From: an uncultured Alphaproteobacteria bacterium
GTDB taxonomy: Bacteria > Pseudomonadota > Alphaproteobacteria > RF32 > CAG-239
Direction: 5' to 3'
DNA length: 64,000 nucleotides
NCBI GenBank assembly: GCA_944391345.1
Contig: CALXTE010000001.1
Coordinates: 109,976-173,975 of the forward strand
Part shown: one piece after another, positions 45,682-55,644 of the stretch
Position numbering within the stretch: the stretch's first letter is position 1
Layout: each line of letters begins with the position of its first letter
Position numbers and translations under genes: made by a program
Notes under the pieces: generated by a model
The model's database searches: none
What the model was told of the DNA's origin: nothing
Seen by the model: only the letters and a program-made list of their open reading frames with translations

Positions 45682-46472
45682 TGGAAAAGCTGCAAAAGCA
45701 CTTGAAACAGCAGCACCAAAAGCTAAAAGGTCTGCCGTTTCGCAAGATTGCGCCAAACATCGTGACCATGTTGGCTCTCTGTGCCGGCGTAACCTCGATT
45801 CGCTATTCTGTTCAGGCTGAATGGGTAAAAGCGGTTATCTGCATTTTTCTGGCTGCTTTTTTCGATGGTTTGGATGGTCGCGTGGCCCGCATGCTCAAAG
45901 GCTCTACCAAATTTGGTGCCGAGCTTGATTCTTTGTCAGACTTCGTCAGCTTTGGTGTTGCTCCGGCGATTCTGATGTATCAGTGGACGCTTTTTGACCT
46001 GCCTCGTTTTGGCTGGTTTTTCTGCCTGATGTTTGCTTGCGGCATGGCCATGCGTTTGGCACGGTTTAATACCATGCTTGACGGAGAAGAGCCTCCCGAA
46101 TACTGGCATCATTTCTTTGTCGGAGTTCCGGCACCGGCCGCTGCCGCCTTAGGGATAATGCCTGTTTTGCTCTCGTTTGATAATCCGGAATTGCTCTGGC
46201 TCAAAGACAACACTTATTGCGCAATTTTGATGGCAGTTGTCACTTTTTTGATGGTCAGCCGCATTCCGACAATCTCAACCAAGAAATGGCGCGTACCGGA
46301 CTATATGTTCATTCCGCTGATGATAATTGTGATATTTTTTGTCAGCTTAATGATAACCAATCCGTGGCTAACCTTAGGGACAATGGTTGCGCTTTATGCC
46401 TTGTCGATTCCTGTAGGTGTAGTCGTTTTTCTAAAATTCCGCAGGGAATATCAAGAGCGAGCCAAAGCCTAA
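45681..46472 (+). CDS. pssA: CDP-diacylglycerol--serine O-phosphatidyltransferase
   Basis: CDP-alcohol phosphatidyltransferase motif DGLDGRVARMLKGSTKFGAELDSLSD. The ATG overlaps the psd stop. Confidence 0.88.
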   Translation: MEKLQKHLKQQHQKLKGLPFRKIAPNIVTMLALCAGVTSIRYSVQAEWVKAVICIFLAAFFDGLDGRVARMLKGSTKFGAELDSLSDFVSFGVAPAILMYQWTLFDLPRFGWFFCLMFACGMAMRLARFNTMLDGEEPPEYWHHFFVGVPAPAAAALGIMPVLLSFDNPELLWLKDNTYCAILMAVVTFLMVSRIPTISTKKWRVPDYMFIPLMIIVIFFVSLMITNPWLTLGTMVALYALSIPVGVVVFLKFRREYQERAKA

Positions 46473-46473
46473 C

Positions 46474-46510
46474 AAAAAAGGTGTTGGAACAAAGTCTAAC
46501 ACCTTTTTTT
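46474..46510. terminator. Bidirectional terminator
   Basis: aggtgtt / aacacct stem flanked by an A-run and a T-run. Confidence 0.55.
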
Positions 46511-47178
46511 CACTTTTTCAAAACCACATGCATCAAGCTAAAAATGCCTTTTCTTGTAATCAGACGATAATCGTTATTCAGCCTTTCTCCCACCGTAAAG
46601 GTTTTCAAAATTTGCTTGACCGGAAATGTCAGAGCCTCGCCTCCGCTGATATTAATGCCATAGGCCAAACCATTTTTGATGACTACCCAGTAATACCTTT
46701 TTCCTTTTTTGAAAAAACGCATAACCAAGCAAACATCGCGAATATCAGCATCTAAATCATTAAAGGCTTTGTTCAAAGCATCGCGCGCTTCGGCAGCATT
46801 TCTGGTCCGAACCAAAACCGTAATTCGCGGCAGCCCCATAATCGTATGCTCAAGCCGAGTAAACGGATCAATAAAATCGCTGTCTTCAAATTTTTTGATA
46901 ATCTGAGCTTCGGAAAAAGAAACAAACACGCCGGAAGAAATACGCCCCCCATCAATCCGTCGGCCGGAGCGAATCAACACACCGCCATAACGAGAATCAG
47001 AAATCTTCACAGCCCACACCGACAGTCCATAGCGGCTTTTTCCGTTAGAAACAAAAACATTTTGCACAAGATAAACTTGCGGAGCATTGTCAGCAATCAT
47101 TTTGGCGGCAGGATAATGTTGATACAAAATTTCAGCGGCCAAACACTGTGTTTCGATTAACAAATTTTTGGTGTCCAT
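46510..47178 (-). CDS. Hypothetical protein (222 aa)
   Basis: Long ORF; no motif recognised. Confidence 0.55.
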   Translation of the reverse strand: MDTKNLLIETQCLAAEILYQHYPAAKMIADNAPQVYLVQNVFVSNGKSRYGLSVWAVKISDSRYGGVLIRSGRRIDGGRISSGVFVSFSEAQIIKKFEDSDFIDPFTRLEHTIMGLPRITVLVRTRNAAEARDALNKAFNDLDADIRDVCLVMRFFKKGKRYYWVVIKNGLAYGINISGGEALTFPVKQILKTFTVGERLNNDYRLITRKGIFSLMHVVLKK

Positions 47179-47238
47179 AATAGTAAAGATAATAAGTTAT
47201 ATTAAATTCACTATAAAACATCAGAAACAAAAATCAAA

Positions 47239-48651
47239 CTAATTTTTTTTATTGGCATAAGGGTTACCGGTTTTTCGCACCGTAATGCGCAGAGGAATCC
47301 CCCACATATCAAAAGTTTCGCGCAGACTATTGGTCAAATAGCGCAAATAAGAATCAGGCAGCCCTTCAGGATTGCTGGAAAAAATATAAAATGCGGGTGG
47401 TCTAGTCTTGGCTTGAGTAATATAACGCAGTTTAATGCGACGCTTATTTTTTCCGAGCGGAGGAGGGCAATTCTCCATCATATCCTGAAACCAGTTATTA
47501 AGCGGTGCAGTCGGCACACGCATATTCCAGCGGTCATAAACCTTAAAAATGGCCGACATCAGCTTGTCCAACCCTTCTTTTTTGAGCGCAGAAATCGTGA
47601 CAGTCGGCACGCCTTCTGCCTGAGCCAAAGAAGTTTTGAGCTTGTAGTTAAGCTTATCAAGCGCTTCTTTTCGATTCGCAATATCCCACTTATTAACGGC
47701 AATTACCAGAGCACGCCCTTCGTCAAGAATTTTGCGCGCAATGGTCAAGTCCTGTTTATCCAGCACGGCATCGGCATCCAGCACCAAAACCGCAACTTGT
47801 GCCATAAAGGCCGCATGCTTGGTGCTGGCGGCAGAAAGCTTTTCCAAAGAAGAATCAACTTTAGAAGCACGGCGCAAACCGGCAGTATCAACCAGTTTAA
47901 GCTTTCTTCCCTTCCATTCCCAATCCGTTGAAATCGCATCACGTGTAACGCCGGCTTCCGGCCCTGTCAGCATTCTCTCATCATTGAGCAACGCATTTAC
48001 AAGGGTAGACTTACCGACATTAGGCCGCCCGACGAAGGCAATCTGAATTGGCCGTTTACGATATTCTTCATCAATTTTTGCCTCAACTTCTTCCGCAGAA
48101 AGGTCTTCATTTTCGGCGCGAATAGCATCATCTTGCTCTTCGAATGAGGTGTCTTCTTTTTTATCAAAGGGGAGTAATGCTTGGTAGAGAATATCCAGTC
48201 CCAAACCATGCTCTGCCGAAAATGGAATAGGTTGCCCCAATCCAAGCTTATAAGCTTCATGAATACTGTCTTCTTGTTCTTTTCCTTCACATTTATTAGC
48301 CAAAAGAACAACCGGTTTACGGCTGGCGCGAACCAATCCTGCCAGATGTTCGTCATAAGGATGAAGTCCGGCTCTGGCATCAAACAAAAAGAGGCAAACA
48401 TCGGCATCTTCAATCGCTTTTTGCGTCTGTTTCCACATCCGTTGCTCAAGATTGTCTTGAGTAGAAAATTCATATCCGGCGGTATCAACAATCGTCAGCT
48501 TCAGGTCATAAAGCTTTCCTTCGGTAATTTTTCGGTCACGCGTAACGCCGGGGTGGTCATGCACAATCGCAACTTTCCGACCGGCGAGGCGGTTAAAAAG
48601 CGTAGACTTACCGACATTAGGTCTTCCGATGATAGCCGCTTTGATACTCAT
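47239..48651 (-). CDS. der: Ribosome-associated GTPase Der (EngA)
   Basis: Two G-domains (both GRPNVGKST) and a KH-like C-domain. Confidence 0.95.
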   Translation of the reverse strand: MSIKAAIIGRPNVGKSTLFNRLAGRKVAIVHDHPGVTRDRKITEGKLYDLKLTIVDTAGYEFSTQDNLEQRMWKQTQKAIEDADVCLFLFDARAGLHPYDEHLAGLVRASRKPVVLLANKCEGKEQEDSIHEAYKLGLGQPIPFSAEHGLGLDILYQALLPFDKKEDTSFEEQDDAIRAENEDLSAEEVEAKIDEEYRKRPIQIAFVGRPNVGKSTLVNALLNDERMLTGPEAGVTRDAISTDWEWKGRKLKLVDTAGLRRASKVDSSLEKLSAASTKHAAFMAQVAVLVLDADAVLDKQDLTIARKILDEGRALVIAVNKWDIANRKEALDKLNYKLKTSLAQAEGVPTVTISALKKEGLDKLMSAIFKVYDRWNMRVPTAPLNNWFQDMMENCPPPLGKNKRRIKLRYITQAKTRPPAFYIFSSNPEGLPDSYLRYLTNSLRETFDMWGIPLRITVRKTGNPYANKKN

Positions 48652-48672
48652 ATTCTTTCGCCTTCCTTTTGA

Positions 48673-50007
48673 TTATTTATAAGCCACAAGGTCAGCATCA
48701 TTTGTGGTGAAAAAGACGGTATTTTCAGCCACAACCGGCGCAACGGAAGCATCTTCGTCAAGGTCGATAAAGCCGAGTATTTTTCCGCTGAACGGCGAAA
48801 TTGCAAAAGCATAACCTTGAGAAGTTGTAACAATCAAACGATAACCTGTCAAAACCGGTCCGGTAGCAAAAGCACCGCTCAGCTCTGACGTTTTTTCGCC
48901 GAGAGGAATTTTGGTGTTCCAAACAATACGACCGGAGGCTTTTTCAATCGCCATAAGCTCAGCCTCGTTAGAGAGAACATAAATCACTTTGCCGGCAACC
49001 CAAGGCTGGTTAACGGCGCTGATTTCTCTTTCCCAAATCGGCATTCCCGTACGCAAATCAATTGCCATCATGATGTGGTTGTTGCCGACGGCATACACAA
49101 TACCGTTGTCAATAATCGGGTTGGCTTTAATGGTGTTAATTGAGGACAGAGAGTTCAGTCTTTTTCTCGAAACCATCAGAACAGACCACAGCGGTGTACC
49201 GGTGCTGGCTTTCAAGGCACGCAACTCTCCGTTTGAAAAAGCGGCAACCACAACGTCTAAATCAGCATCATAAGCCGGACTGGCACCCCCGACCAGAGTT
49301 GTATTTTCCTGAACGGAGCGATAACGCCACAGTTCCGCACCGGTTTGTGCATTAAGCGCATAGAGCGTATTATCCATTGTTTGAGCAAATACAAAATTAT
49401 TGGCAACGGTCGGTGCGATTCTGAAAGGCATATTCGCCTCAAAGCGCCAGAGCTCTTCACCGGAATTAATATCAAGGGCAAAAACACTTCCAAATCCGGT
49501 TGTTGCATAAACACGATTAAAGTCAACAGCCAAGCCCGCCCCTTTCATGGAAGAGTCGCTATCTGCCTCAATTTTAGGCTCTAGCTCATGCTCCCAAATA
49601 TCCTCTCCTTCATTGATGTTAAAGGCCGAAACGGTAGCGTCGGCATCAATGGTAAAAACTGTTTTGTTAAAGACAACCGGCGTCGCCAGCATAATCTCGC
49701 GTTTAGAGCTGCCTGTGCCAAAGTCAACATCCCAAGCCTCATTTAACACATCTGCGCTGTCCAGATGTCCCATATCATGCAGTGGATTACCGCCGCTCTG
49801 CGTCCAAGATGAATTCATCAAAGGCGCCGGAATCTGAATTTTAACCGTTCCGGGCTTAAAGTCGGGTTGAAGCAAGCTTTCGCCGTCAAGAAATGCGATT
49901 CTATCCCCTTCAACGGTCACTTTGTCCTTAGAAAAAAGACCGCAGCCGGCAAGAGAGCAACAAGCCAATACAAAAGCAAATGTCTTAAAATGTTTAGCAG
50001 CAACCAT
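48673..50007 (-). CDS. bamB: Outer membrane protein assembly factor BamB
   Basis: Start at MVAAKH (SD gggag 7 nt upstream), lipobox LAGC, PQQ-like beta-propeller repeats. Positioned between the yfgM-like gene and der. Confidence 0.8.
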   Translation of the reverse strand: MVAAKHFKTFAFVLACCSLAGCGLFSKDKVTVEGDRIAFLDGESLLQPDFKPGTVKIQIPAPLMNSSWTQSGGNPLHDMGHLDSADVLNEAWDVDFGTGSSKREIMLATPVVFNKTVFTIDADATVSAFNINEGEDIWEHELEPKIEADSDSSMKGAGLAVDFNRVYATTGFGSVFALDINSGEELWRFEANMPFRIAPTVANNFVFAQTMDNTLYALNAQTGAELWRYRSVQENTTLVGGASPAYDADLDVVVAAFSNGELRALKASTGTPLWSVLMVSRKRLNSLSSINTIKANPIIDNGIVYAVGNNHIMMAIDLRTGMPIWEREISAVNQPWVAGKVIYVLSNEAELMAIEKASGRIVWNTKIPLGEKTSELSGAFATGPVLTGYRLIVTTSQGYAFAISPFSGKILGFIDLDEDASVAPVVAENTVFFTTNDADLVAYK

Positions 50008-50050
50008 AGAACACTCCCACAAAAGGTTAAACGAGAAAGAGAGAAGATAT

Positions 50051-50746
50051 TTATTGAGCCGTTTGCTCATTCAAAACAGCAATCATATCCTGCGCGCGGG
50101 TTTTCATACCTTCCTGCAGATTATCCGGATTATTAAGGATTTCAAGATAAAGCTGTTTTGCAGATTGAAAATCATTTTCACGAATGGCAAGCATGGCTTT
50201 AAGCTCTTTTGCAATATTGAACCACGGCCCTTTTTCGATAAGCAAAGGCTCAACCAAAGCATTAATCTGATCAGCCGGAGCGCTCTCTAACAAATAAGAA
50301 GCCAGCTTAACCCGAGCGGCATCACGCAAACTTTGATCAGCGTCATCATCATTTACAAAGTCTTGCAAAGCTTTCACCCCTTCGCTGATATTATCTTGTT
50401 CAAGATAGGCGTTAGCAATCTGAATACGTGCCAAATCCTTAAAAATACCATTATTTTTATCGGCAATATCCTCAAAAACGGCAATACTTTTATCAAAATC
50501 GCCTTGCACCTGCAGGTTAAAGGCATAAGCATAAGCCTCGGACCATGTCTGCGCTTTTTTGTTTTTCCAAGCGATAATGCTTTCATAGCTAACGGCAAGA
50601 GTCAAAGCCACGACCACAACCAGCATGGCATAAAGGCCATACTTTTTCCCAAAGTTCATCATTTTTTCTTGTTTTAGCTCATCATCAATTTCCTGAAACA
50701 AAACATCAGTGCTGTCAAAAGGCGCCTTATTTTTAACCATAATCAA
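50051..50746 (-). CDS. YfgM-like TPR membrane protein
   Basis: Single N-terminal TM plus a TPR-like helical domain; conserved position upstream of bamB-der. Confidence 0.6.
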   Translation of the reverse strand: MIMVKNKAPFDSTDVLFQEIDDELKQEKMMNFGKKYGLYAMLVVVVALTLAVSYESIIAWKNKKAQTWSEAYAYAFNLQVQGDFDKSIAVFEDIADKNNGIFKDLARIQIANAYLEQDNISEGVKALQDFVNDDDADQSLRDAARVKLASYLLESAPADQINALVEPLLIEKGPWFNIAKELKAMLAIRENDFQSAKQLYLEILNNPDNLQEGMKTRAQDMIAVLNEQTAQ

Positions 50747-50827
50747 AACCTCATCAAATAGATAGCAATAAATTTAGAATAGTTATAATCGAAAAAGAGG
50801 AATATTCCAAGCAAAATTTAACAAATA

Positions 50828-52027
50828 TCACTTGATAACATCATTGATCAAAAAGGCTCTCACCCATTGCAAATCCTGCAAGGGAAGTTTTTTCCCGAAA
50901 ATAACCATTTTAGAATTAGAAAAGATTGAGAGGAAAAATCTACCCGTGGCCGGATTCTCGGTAATTTCGATAGCCTCAATATCTTTTTTGAACAACTCAT
51001 CGTTTTTGAAGTTGCGCAATGGAAATTTATGAACAATCACAAGCTTGTCTTTTTTAACGGCGATTTTGTCGCGTCTAAAATGCAAGATTGTCAACCACAA
51101 CAGCAATGCAGCCACAACGATGGCGGATATGGAGCAGATTCGCCCACTTAAAACAAAAGCAATCAACCCGCACCAAAGCATCAGCAAAAAGGCCAGAAGA
51201 ATAAAGTTATAAGCATCCCAAATAACATGACTGACTTTAATCACTTTTTTATCGCGCTTACGAACCAAAATAGTTTCTTTAGGCAACGGAGAATTAATGT
51301 CAAAATTATTAGCTATTTTGCCTTCTTTGGCAAGGGTTTGCAGCGTTTTATCAAGGTCTTCGACATCTATTTTGGTAATCTCGCCGTTTTTGAATATTAT
51401 GGCCGGCAGATTAAGTTTTTTAGCATAATCTTTCCAGATTTTGCGAATATTGCGCCCATTCATAGAGATATACAGCGGCGCCACTTTGTGCAAATTTTTG
51501 TGGCGTAATTCAATGATGTAGCGATTTCTGTTCCAAAATCCAAATTGAAAAAACTCGATTCTCAGCTGCACGCCTTCATAATTTTCAAGCTTTTCTTTAT
51601 AGGTTGTTTTTTTGCCGCCGAATGCACGGTCAACAATGGTGATATTACCTCCGTCAAAAAATATTTTTCGATAACATAAATATGTCGCAAACAGCTTAAA
51701 GACAATTCCGATACCGACAGCCAAAATCACCAAATCAAACAAAATGGGAGAAAACCAAGTGTCAACACTTTGCTGAGAAAAGGAAAGGGCGCTGTTTTCC
51801 TCAGGAAAATAAGCCGAAAATAAATCAAAAACGCCAAGTGCCGCCAACAGCAAGCCAAACAATATTCCGGGATAAAGAATGCGCAAAGCGATTCTGTCAG
51901 AGTTCTTTGTCGGCAGTTGATCAATTTTTAATGCAAAGGAATGACTGTAATGTTGTGCTGTTTTAAGATTGGAACGCATTAAAACCTCATAAGTATATTG
52001 AAAAAAACTTCTACATCCATAAATCAT
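50828..52027 (-). CDS. Membrane protein, unknown function
   Basis: Several TM segments; the start codon is uncertain. Confidence 0.55.
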   Translation of the reverse strand: MIYGCRSFFQYTYEVLMRSNLKTAQHYSHSFALKIDQLPTKNSDRIALRILYPGILFGLLLAALGVFDLFSAYFPEENSALSFSQQSVDTWFSPILFDLVILAVGIGIVFKLFATYLCYRKIFFDGGNITIVDRAFGGKKTTYKEKLENYEGVQLRIEFFQFGFWNRNRYIIELRHKNLHKVAPLYISMNGRNIRKIWKDYAKKLNLPAIIFKNGEITKIDVEDLDKTLQTLAKEGKIANNFDINSPLPKETILVRKRDKKVIKVSHVIWDAYNFILLAFLLMLWCGLIAFVLSGRICSISAIVVAALLLWLTILHFRRDKIAVKKDKLVIVHKFPLRNFKNDELFKKDIEAIEITENPATGRFFLSIFSNSKMVIFGKKLPLQDLQWVRAFLINDVIK

Positions 52028-52148
52028 GCTATAATATTTTTTAATAAAAATCCATCTATAAATTTTTCAAAATAAAAATTACTTTTTAAGTTATATTAAT
52101 AAAATTAGGATACAGTAAAAACAAAAACACGATATAGGAAGAAATCGG

Positions 52149-53882
52149 ATGGGAAACATAGAAATTTTTGCACAAACTTCAAACTGGATAATAACGGTAT
52201 TATCATTGGTTATTTTTTCAATAACCACTTTGGCGATTCGCCAAGGAAAATTGCCGGCCAAAGAAGGATTAAGTTATATTTATCTCGGCTTGTTGCTTGA
52301 GTTTATGACCATCTATACAACGCATTTGATGACGGTTGAATATGCGCGCGGACAAGAGATTGATTGGCTGGTATTTGCACAGCTGTTTTTATTGCTGATA
52401 TCCATGCTGTTTTTGGCCGAAGGCGCCTTAAAACTCATGATGGGAAACATATCATCCACGCTGATAATTGTCGGTTTGGGAATAATAGGCTTTATTGCCT
52501 CAGCCTATTTTGTATTTTTCTTTCCGGATAATAACGTGATTTCGAACATGCAGACAATTTTTACCATTGCGGGATTCTTGACCATCACGATTGCCTTCTG
52601 GTCACAAACGCATCTGCGCCATGCCACCGGCTATTTAACGGCGGCATTAAGCAGTAGCTTTGTGCTGGGGATAATTATATTAAAAAATTTTTCAGCAACG
52701 GCAGGCTGGATTTTAGTTGACAGTTGGTATATTACCCCTCTGTTTTACAATGTGATGGCTGTTGCCTATATTGCAATAAATGCCGATTTCCTCGCCAGCC
52801 GCTTAGAAAATGCTAAGCGCGAGATAATCAAATACAACCGCCGAATTGAAGAAATTATCAAGTCATCACCTTTCCCGATAATCTTGTCGCGCATCAGTGA
52901 TGATAAAATCATTTTAGCCAATAATAATGCCATAAAACTTTTCGGAATAGATGAAAGAGAGCTTGATCATTACAGGCTCAAAGACTTTTTTGCCGATGCC
53001 GAGAACCGAACTTTGTTGACCGAACGTCTGGAAGAAGAAAAAGAAGTCAAAGACTTTGAGGTTTTGGTTAAGAGTTATAACGGCGATACGCCGTTTTGGC
53101 TGCTAACCTCAGCCACCACGATTGATTATAACTATGATGTGGTGCTATACACCGCTTTTCAAGATATCACATCACGCAAAAACCGTGAAGCCTTGCTGAA
53201 AAATCAGGCCATCAGAGATCCTCTGACATCATTATACAATCGTCGTTATTTTGAAGATGAAGTCAAAAAAAGAATTGACCAAGCCAGAAAAACCAATCGA
53301 GTTTATAGTGTATTAATGAGTGATGTCGACTTGTTCAAACGCGTCAACGACACTTATGGTCACAAAACCGGCGATAAGGTTTTGATAGAACTTGCCGCTG
53401 CCAGTGAAAGAGCGTTAAGAGACGGTGATATTGTCGCCCGCTACGGTGGCGAAGAATTCGTTATCTATCTGGCCGATGTCGATGCCGAAAAAGCCAAGGT
53501 CGTTGCCGAAAGATTAAGAACAACCATTTCTGAACTTGAGATTCCCTCAGATGACGGACGCATTGTCAAATTCACAATCAGCATCGGCATATCCTCATCA
53601 AAAGTATCTGATAATATCGACACTTTGATAAAAACGGCGGATGAGGCTCTGTATAAAGCCAAACAAAATGGCCGCAATCGGGTCGAAATTTTCAATCCGG
53701 AAGAATTAAAGCATATTGACATGGCCAATAAAGCGCTTCATAAAGATGAAACCGCCAACCGTCATCCCATTTTTGAAAAAGAGGATAAGGAAGAAATTTC
53801 TTTGCTTGACGGGATTGTTGAAAATAAAATAATGGATAAAGCAACCACAATAGAACAACCCAACAAAGAGCCAAAGGAGTAA
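52149..53882 (+). CDS. Membrane-anchored PAS-GGDEF diguanylate cyclase
   Basis: Multi-TM N-domain. GGDEF domain with RYGGEEFVIYL and an RxxD I-site (RDGD) five residues upstream. Confidence 0.85.
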   Translation: MGNIEIFAQTSNWIITVLSLVIFSITTLAIRQGKLPAKEGLSYIYLGLLLEFMTIYTTHLMTVEYARGQEIDWLVFAQLFLLLISMLFLAEGALKLMMGNISSTLIIVGLGIIGFIASAYFVFFFPDNNVISNMQTIFTIAGFLTITIAFWSQTHLRHATGYLTAALSSSFVLGIIILKNFSATAGWILVDSWYITPLFYNVMAVAYIAINADFLASRLENAKREIIKYNRRIEEIIKSSPFPIILSRISDDKIILANNNAIKLFGIDERELDHYRLKDFFADAENRTLLTERLEEEKEVKDFEVLVKSYNGDTPFWLLTSATTIDYNYDVVLYTAFQDITSRKNREALLKNQAIRDPLTSLYNRRYFEDEVKKRIDQARKTNRVYSVLMSDVDLFKRVNDTYGHKTGDKVLIELAAASERALRDGDIVARYGGEEFVIYLADVDAEKAKVVAERLRTTISELEIPSDDGRIVKFTISIGISSSKVSDNIDTLIKTADEALYKAKQNGRNRVEIFNPEELKHIDMANKALHKDETANRHPIFEKEDKEEISLLDGIVENKIMDKATTIEQPNKEPKE

Positions 53883-53884
53883 TT

Positions 53885-55039
53885 ATGGAATGTCCCTATG
53901 CCGCAATCTGTGGCGGCTGTCGGTACCGAAATTTAAGCCAAGACGCTTATCAAGAGCTGAAAGAAACTGAGTTCAAGCGCCAACTTTCGGGATTAATGGA
54001 TTCGCCCAAAGAATACGGACGCCCGATATTTATAGAAGACGGCCGGCGTCGGCGTGCATCTTTAGCTTTTGCCCGAAAAAAAGGACAATTCATTTTGGGG
54101 TTTAATGTCCACCACAGCAAAGAGATTGTCGATATAGAGGCTTGTGCACTATTAACGCCGCAACTCAATCAGGTTTTATTGCCGATAAAAAATCTGCTCA
54201 ATACCCTTTTTACGGAGCCGCAATCACCGCTTAAAGGCCGCGCCGGAAAGAAAAAAACACAAAAATCACCGATTCTCGGCGGTGATATCTGGTTAACTCA
54301 AGCCGATAATGGGATTGATATGGTTATAGAAACGCCGGCAGAATTTAGCTTACCCCAAAGAGAAGCCATATCAGACTTTTTGCAACAAGAGCATAATATC
54401 ATACGCATATCGCACCGCGATGGCCCTAATTCTGCCGCCGAAACACTGTTAGAAAAAACGCAACCCAAAATCACAATGGGCGGCGTAGATGTATATATTC
54501 CGGCCGGCACCTTTCTTCAGGCCTCAAAATCGGCTGAAACGGCCATGATAAACTTGGTCCAGAGCTATATTGGCGAAGACAGCGGCTTAATAGCGGATTT
54601 GTTTTGTGGGGTCGGAACTTTTTCTTATCCGCTTTCCCGCCGCAAAGAAAACAAGATTTTAGCAGTCGATTCGAATGCCGAGGCTCTGAAAGCCTTTGCC
54701 CATACTGTCAATAAAAACGAAATCAGTAATATCAAAATCCTTGAAAAAAACTTGTTTAAATATCCGCTTGATAAAGAAGAACTAAAAGGATTCGACATCA
54801 TAATTTTTGACCCGCCACGTGCCGGAGCCAAAGCTCAAATCAAAGAAATTGCAAATATGGATAATGCTAACAAACCACGGAAAATCATCGGAATTTCTTG
54901 CAATCCGACCAGCTTTGTTGCCGATGCCAACGTTCTGATAAAAAGCGGCTATAAATTGCAAACGGTAACAATGGTCGACCAGTTCACTTATTCTCAGCAT
55001 ACGGAGCTGACATCTCTTTTTATAAGGAATGATAAATGA
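53885..55039 (+). CDS. TrmA/RumA-family RNA (uracil-5-)-methyltransferase
   Basis: N-terminal Cys cluster CPYAAICGGC; SAM motifs DLFCGVGTF and FDPPRAGA. Confidence 0.75.
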   Translation: MECPYAAICGGCRYRNLSQDAYQELKETEFKRQLSGLMDSPKEYGRPIFIEDGRRRRASLAFARKKGQFILGFNVHHSKEIVDIEACALLTPQLNQVLLPIKNLLNTLFTEPQSPLKGRAGKKKTQKSPILGGDIWLTQADNGIDMVIETPAEFSLPQREAISDFLQQEHNIIRISHRDGPNSAAETLLEKTQPKITMGGVDVYIPAGTFLQASKSAETAMINLVQSYIGEDSGLIADLFCGVGTFSYPLSRRKENKILAVDSNAEALKAFAHTVNKNEISNIKILEKNLFKYPLDKEELKGFDIIIFDPPRAGAKAQIKEIANMDNANKPRKIIGISCNPTSFVADANVLIKSGYKLQTVTMVDQFTYSQHTELTSLFIRNDK

Positions 55040-55632
55040 TACAGAAAAACACATATGGCAAAGTCTTGCTTTTGGCCTGCTTGTTTGGGCTTTCTGCTTG
55101 CGGACTTTTTGACAAGCCGCGCCGCCCCAGCCCCGAAAATCCAAGCTTTTACGAACTCGGATATAAAGGTTCGGTAGAACCAACCTCAAAAAAAGATGAA
55201 AAGCAACCGGTGATTATATGTCCGGCCGTCAGCTTAGAAAATACGTCTTATTCAAAACTGATATTGAACGGAAACGATTATCAGGTTAATCTGGTTCGAG
55301 ATGAAAGCTATTGCCATATTTCACAACAGGTTAATCATAGCTATATTGAAGTAAAACCGATATTTCAGTTAAGACAAAACAAATTAGAACAAGTTGAAAG
55401 AAAAATTCCGTTTTCTTATTACATCAGAACGCCGGATGGTCGCACAAGAGTATTCAAGCAAGAAGCTTATATTCCGAAAATGAAGACTGAGATATGCCAC
55501 AGCGGCAAATCAACCAAAATTGATATTCCCGAGAAGGAAAAGTTCTTTTATCCAATAACCATAGGACTGATAATTGAACAGCAAGAGCTGGAATATAATA
55601 ATAAATATTTTAACTATCATTACGAAAAATAA
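55036..55632 (+). CDS. Lipoprotein, unknown function
   Basis: Lipobox LSACG after a hydrophobic signal. Confidence 0.55.
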   Translation: MIQKNTYGKVLLLACLFGLSACGLFDKPRRPSPENPSFYELGYKGSVEPTSKKDEKQPVIICPAVSLENTSYSKLILNGNDYQVNLVRDESYCHISQQVNHSYIEVKPIFQLRQNKLEQVERKIPFSYYIRTPDGRTRVFKQEAYIPKMKTEICHSGKSTKIDIPEKEKFFYPITIGLIIEQQELEYNNKYFNYHYEK

Positions 55633-55644
55633 AAGGAGAAAAGC